In this document: positions 48,521 through 49,467 of the stretch, piece after piece
Position numbering within the stretch: position 1 is the stretch's first letter
Layout: every line of letters starts with the position of its first letter
NCBI RefSeq assembly: GCF_001194135.2
Contig: NC_068995.1
Coordinates: 27,208,172-27,257,638 of the forward strand
Origin: Octopus bimaculoides
Taxonomy: Eukaryota
Length of the DNA: 49,467 bases
Reading direction: 5' to 3'
Notes under the pieces: generated by a model
What the model saw: only the letters and a program-made list of their open reading frames with translations
The model's database searches: none
What the model was told of the DNA's origin: nothing
Translations under genes and position numbers: made by a program

Positions 48521-48906
48521 AGCCAGGTGTTAAATGGCATAAGTGTGATAGAGGGATAAAAAAAGGTGCCTTAATGTGGTGAAAAAAGAGAGAAGAAAAT
48601 AGTGATAAGCTGTTAGTGATAGGCTGTTAGGATGTACTCTCAAGGAACAAAAGGGTGTATGTGAGGTAAGTTTGCAAGAGTGTGAGGTGAACAACAGATG
48701 GTTAGAAGTAGGGAATATAGGGATATAGGTGAAGCATGGTCTGGTGCAAAATAGTTTTGGGGCAAGTGAAAGAAATAGTAGGTTAAGGAGGAGGGGATGA
48801 TAAGTGGCAGTACAAAAAAGATTGGGTAGAGAGCAGCATTGGAAGATAACCATATAAAAAACTAGCAAGATGATAAGTGTGGAGGAGGTCTTACAGAGGT
48901 AATGAT

Positions 48907-49407
48907 TAGTGACCAAGACCTTTGGCAATATGCTGTGCTTGAGAAGTCCTGCCAAGCCAAGTGAAATCATAATCATGGCTGATGCTGGTGTTACATACCT
49001 GGCACATAAAAAGTACCTTTCAAGTGCTGGGCCTCATGGGGACAATGTGGCCAATGCTGTTGTTGCATAACTAACACCCTTGTAGGTGACACATAAAAAG
49101 CACTTTTTCAGTGTTGGGTCTTGCAGAAACAATGACAAATGACAGACATTTGGCAATATGCTGTTCTTGAATAGAAGACCCATCAAGCCAAATTGTGGTA
49201 GATACTCATGTCACACAACTGGCACCTGTCCCAGTGACATGTAAAAGTACCCATTTCACTCTCGGAGTGGTTGGTGTTAGGAAGGGCATCCAGCTATAGA
49301 AACCATGCCAAATCAGACTGGAGTCTGGTGCAGCTTCTCAGCTTACCATCTCTGATCAATCTATCCGACCCATGCCTGCATGGACAATGGACATTAAATG
49401 ATAATGA

Positions 49408-49410
<3 letters not shown>
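48907..49410 (+). mobile_element. RTE family A 3' UTR, decayed
   Basis: gaccaagacctttggcaatatgctgtgcttgagaag..ggagtggttggtgttaggaagggcatccagc..ggacattaaatgataatgatga, followed by (TA)n. Confidence 0.82.
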
Positions 49411-49446
<36 letters not shown>

Positions 49447-49467
49447 ATTATATGTATTTATTTTCTC

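Overview
AT-rich, gap-containing eukaryotic genomic DNA. The repeat families, (GAT)n-tailed RTE LINEs and microsatellite load suggest an octopus/cephalopod scaffold; this is an inference and was not verified. The only host gene I can support is the 3' part of a plus-strand myotubularin-related pseudophosphatase of the MTMR10/11/12 subgroup. Three exons splice in frame (16198-16347, 17976-18145, 24668-25435). Most of the rest is decayed mobile DNA: about 14 RTE LINE pieces of at least two families, plus R4/Dong-, Tx1-, HERO-, RTE-BovB- and CR1/L2-like LINE fragments. There are also two Penelope-like elements, two mariners, Helitron ends, tRNA-derived SINEs and a long-TIR foldback element. The most interesting signal is a small tRNA-headed retroelement that carries a minimal type-I hammerhead ribozyme fold (16464-16733). 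A second copy (21441-22951) is split at its (TAA)n tract by an R4/Dong LINE. Also notable are a second, unrelated hammerhead-like cassette (37279-37322), compensatory base changes in RTE 3'-UTR hairpins, and two near-perfect inverted repeats. Most ORFs in the supplied track are antisense or out-of-frame TE remnants or gap artefacts.
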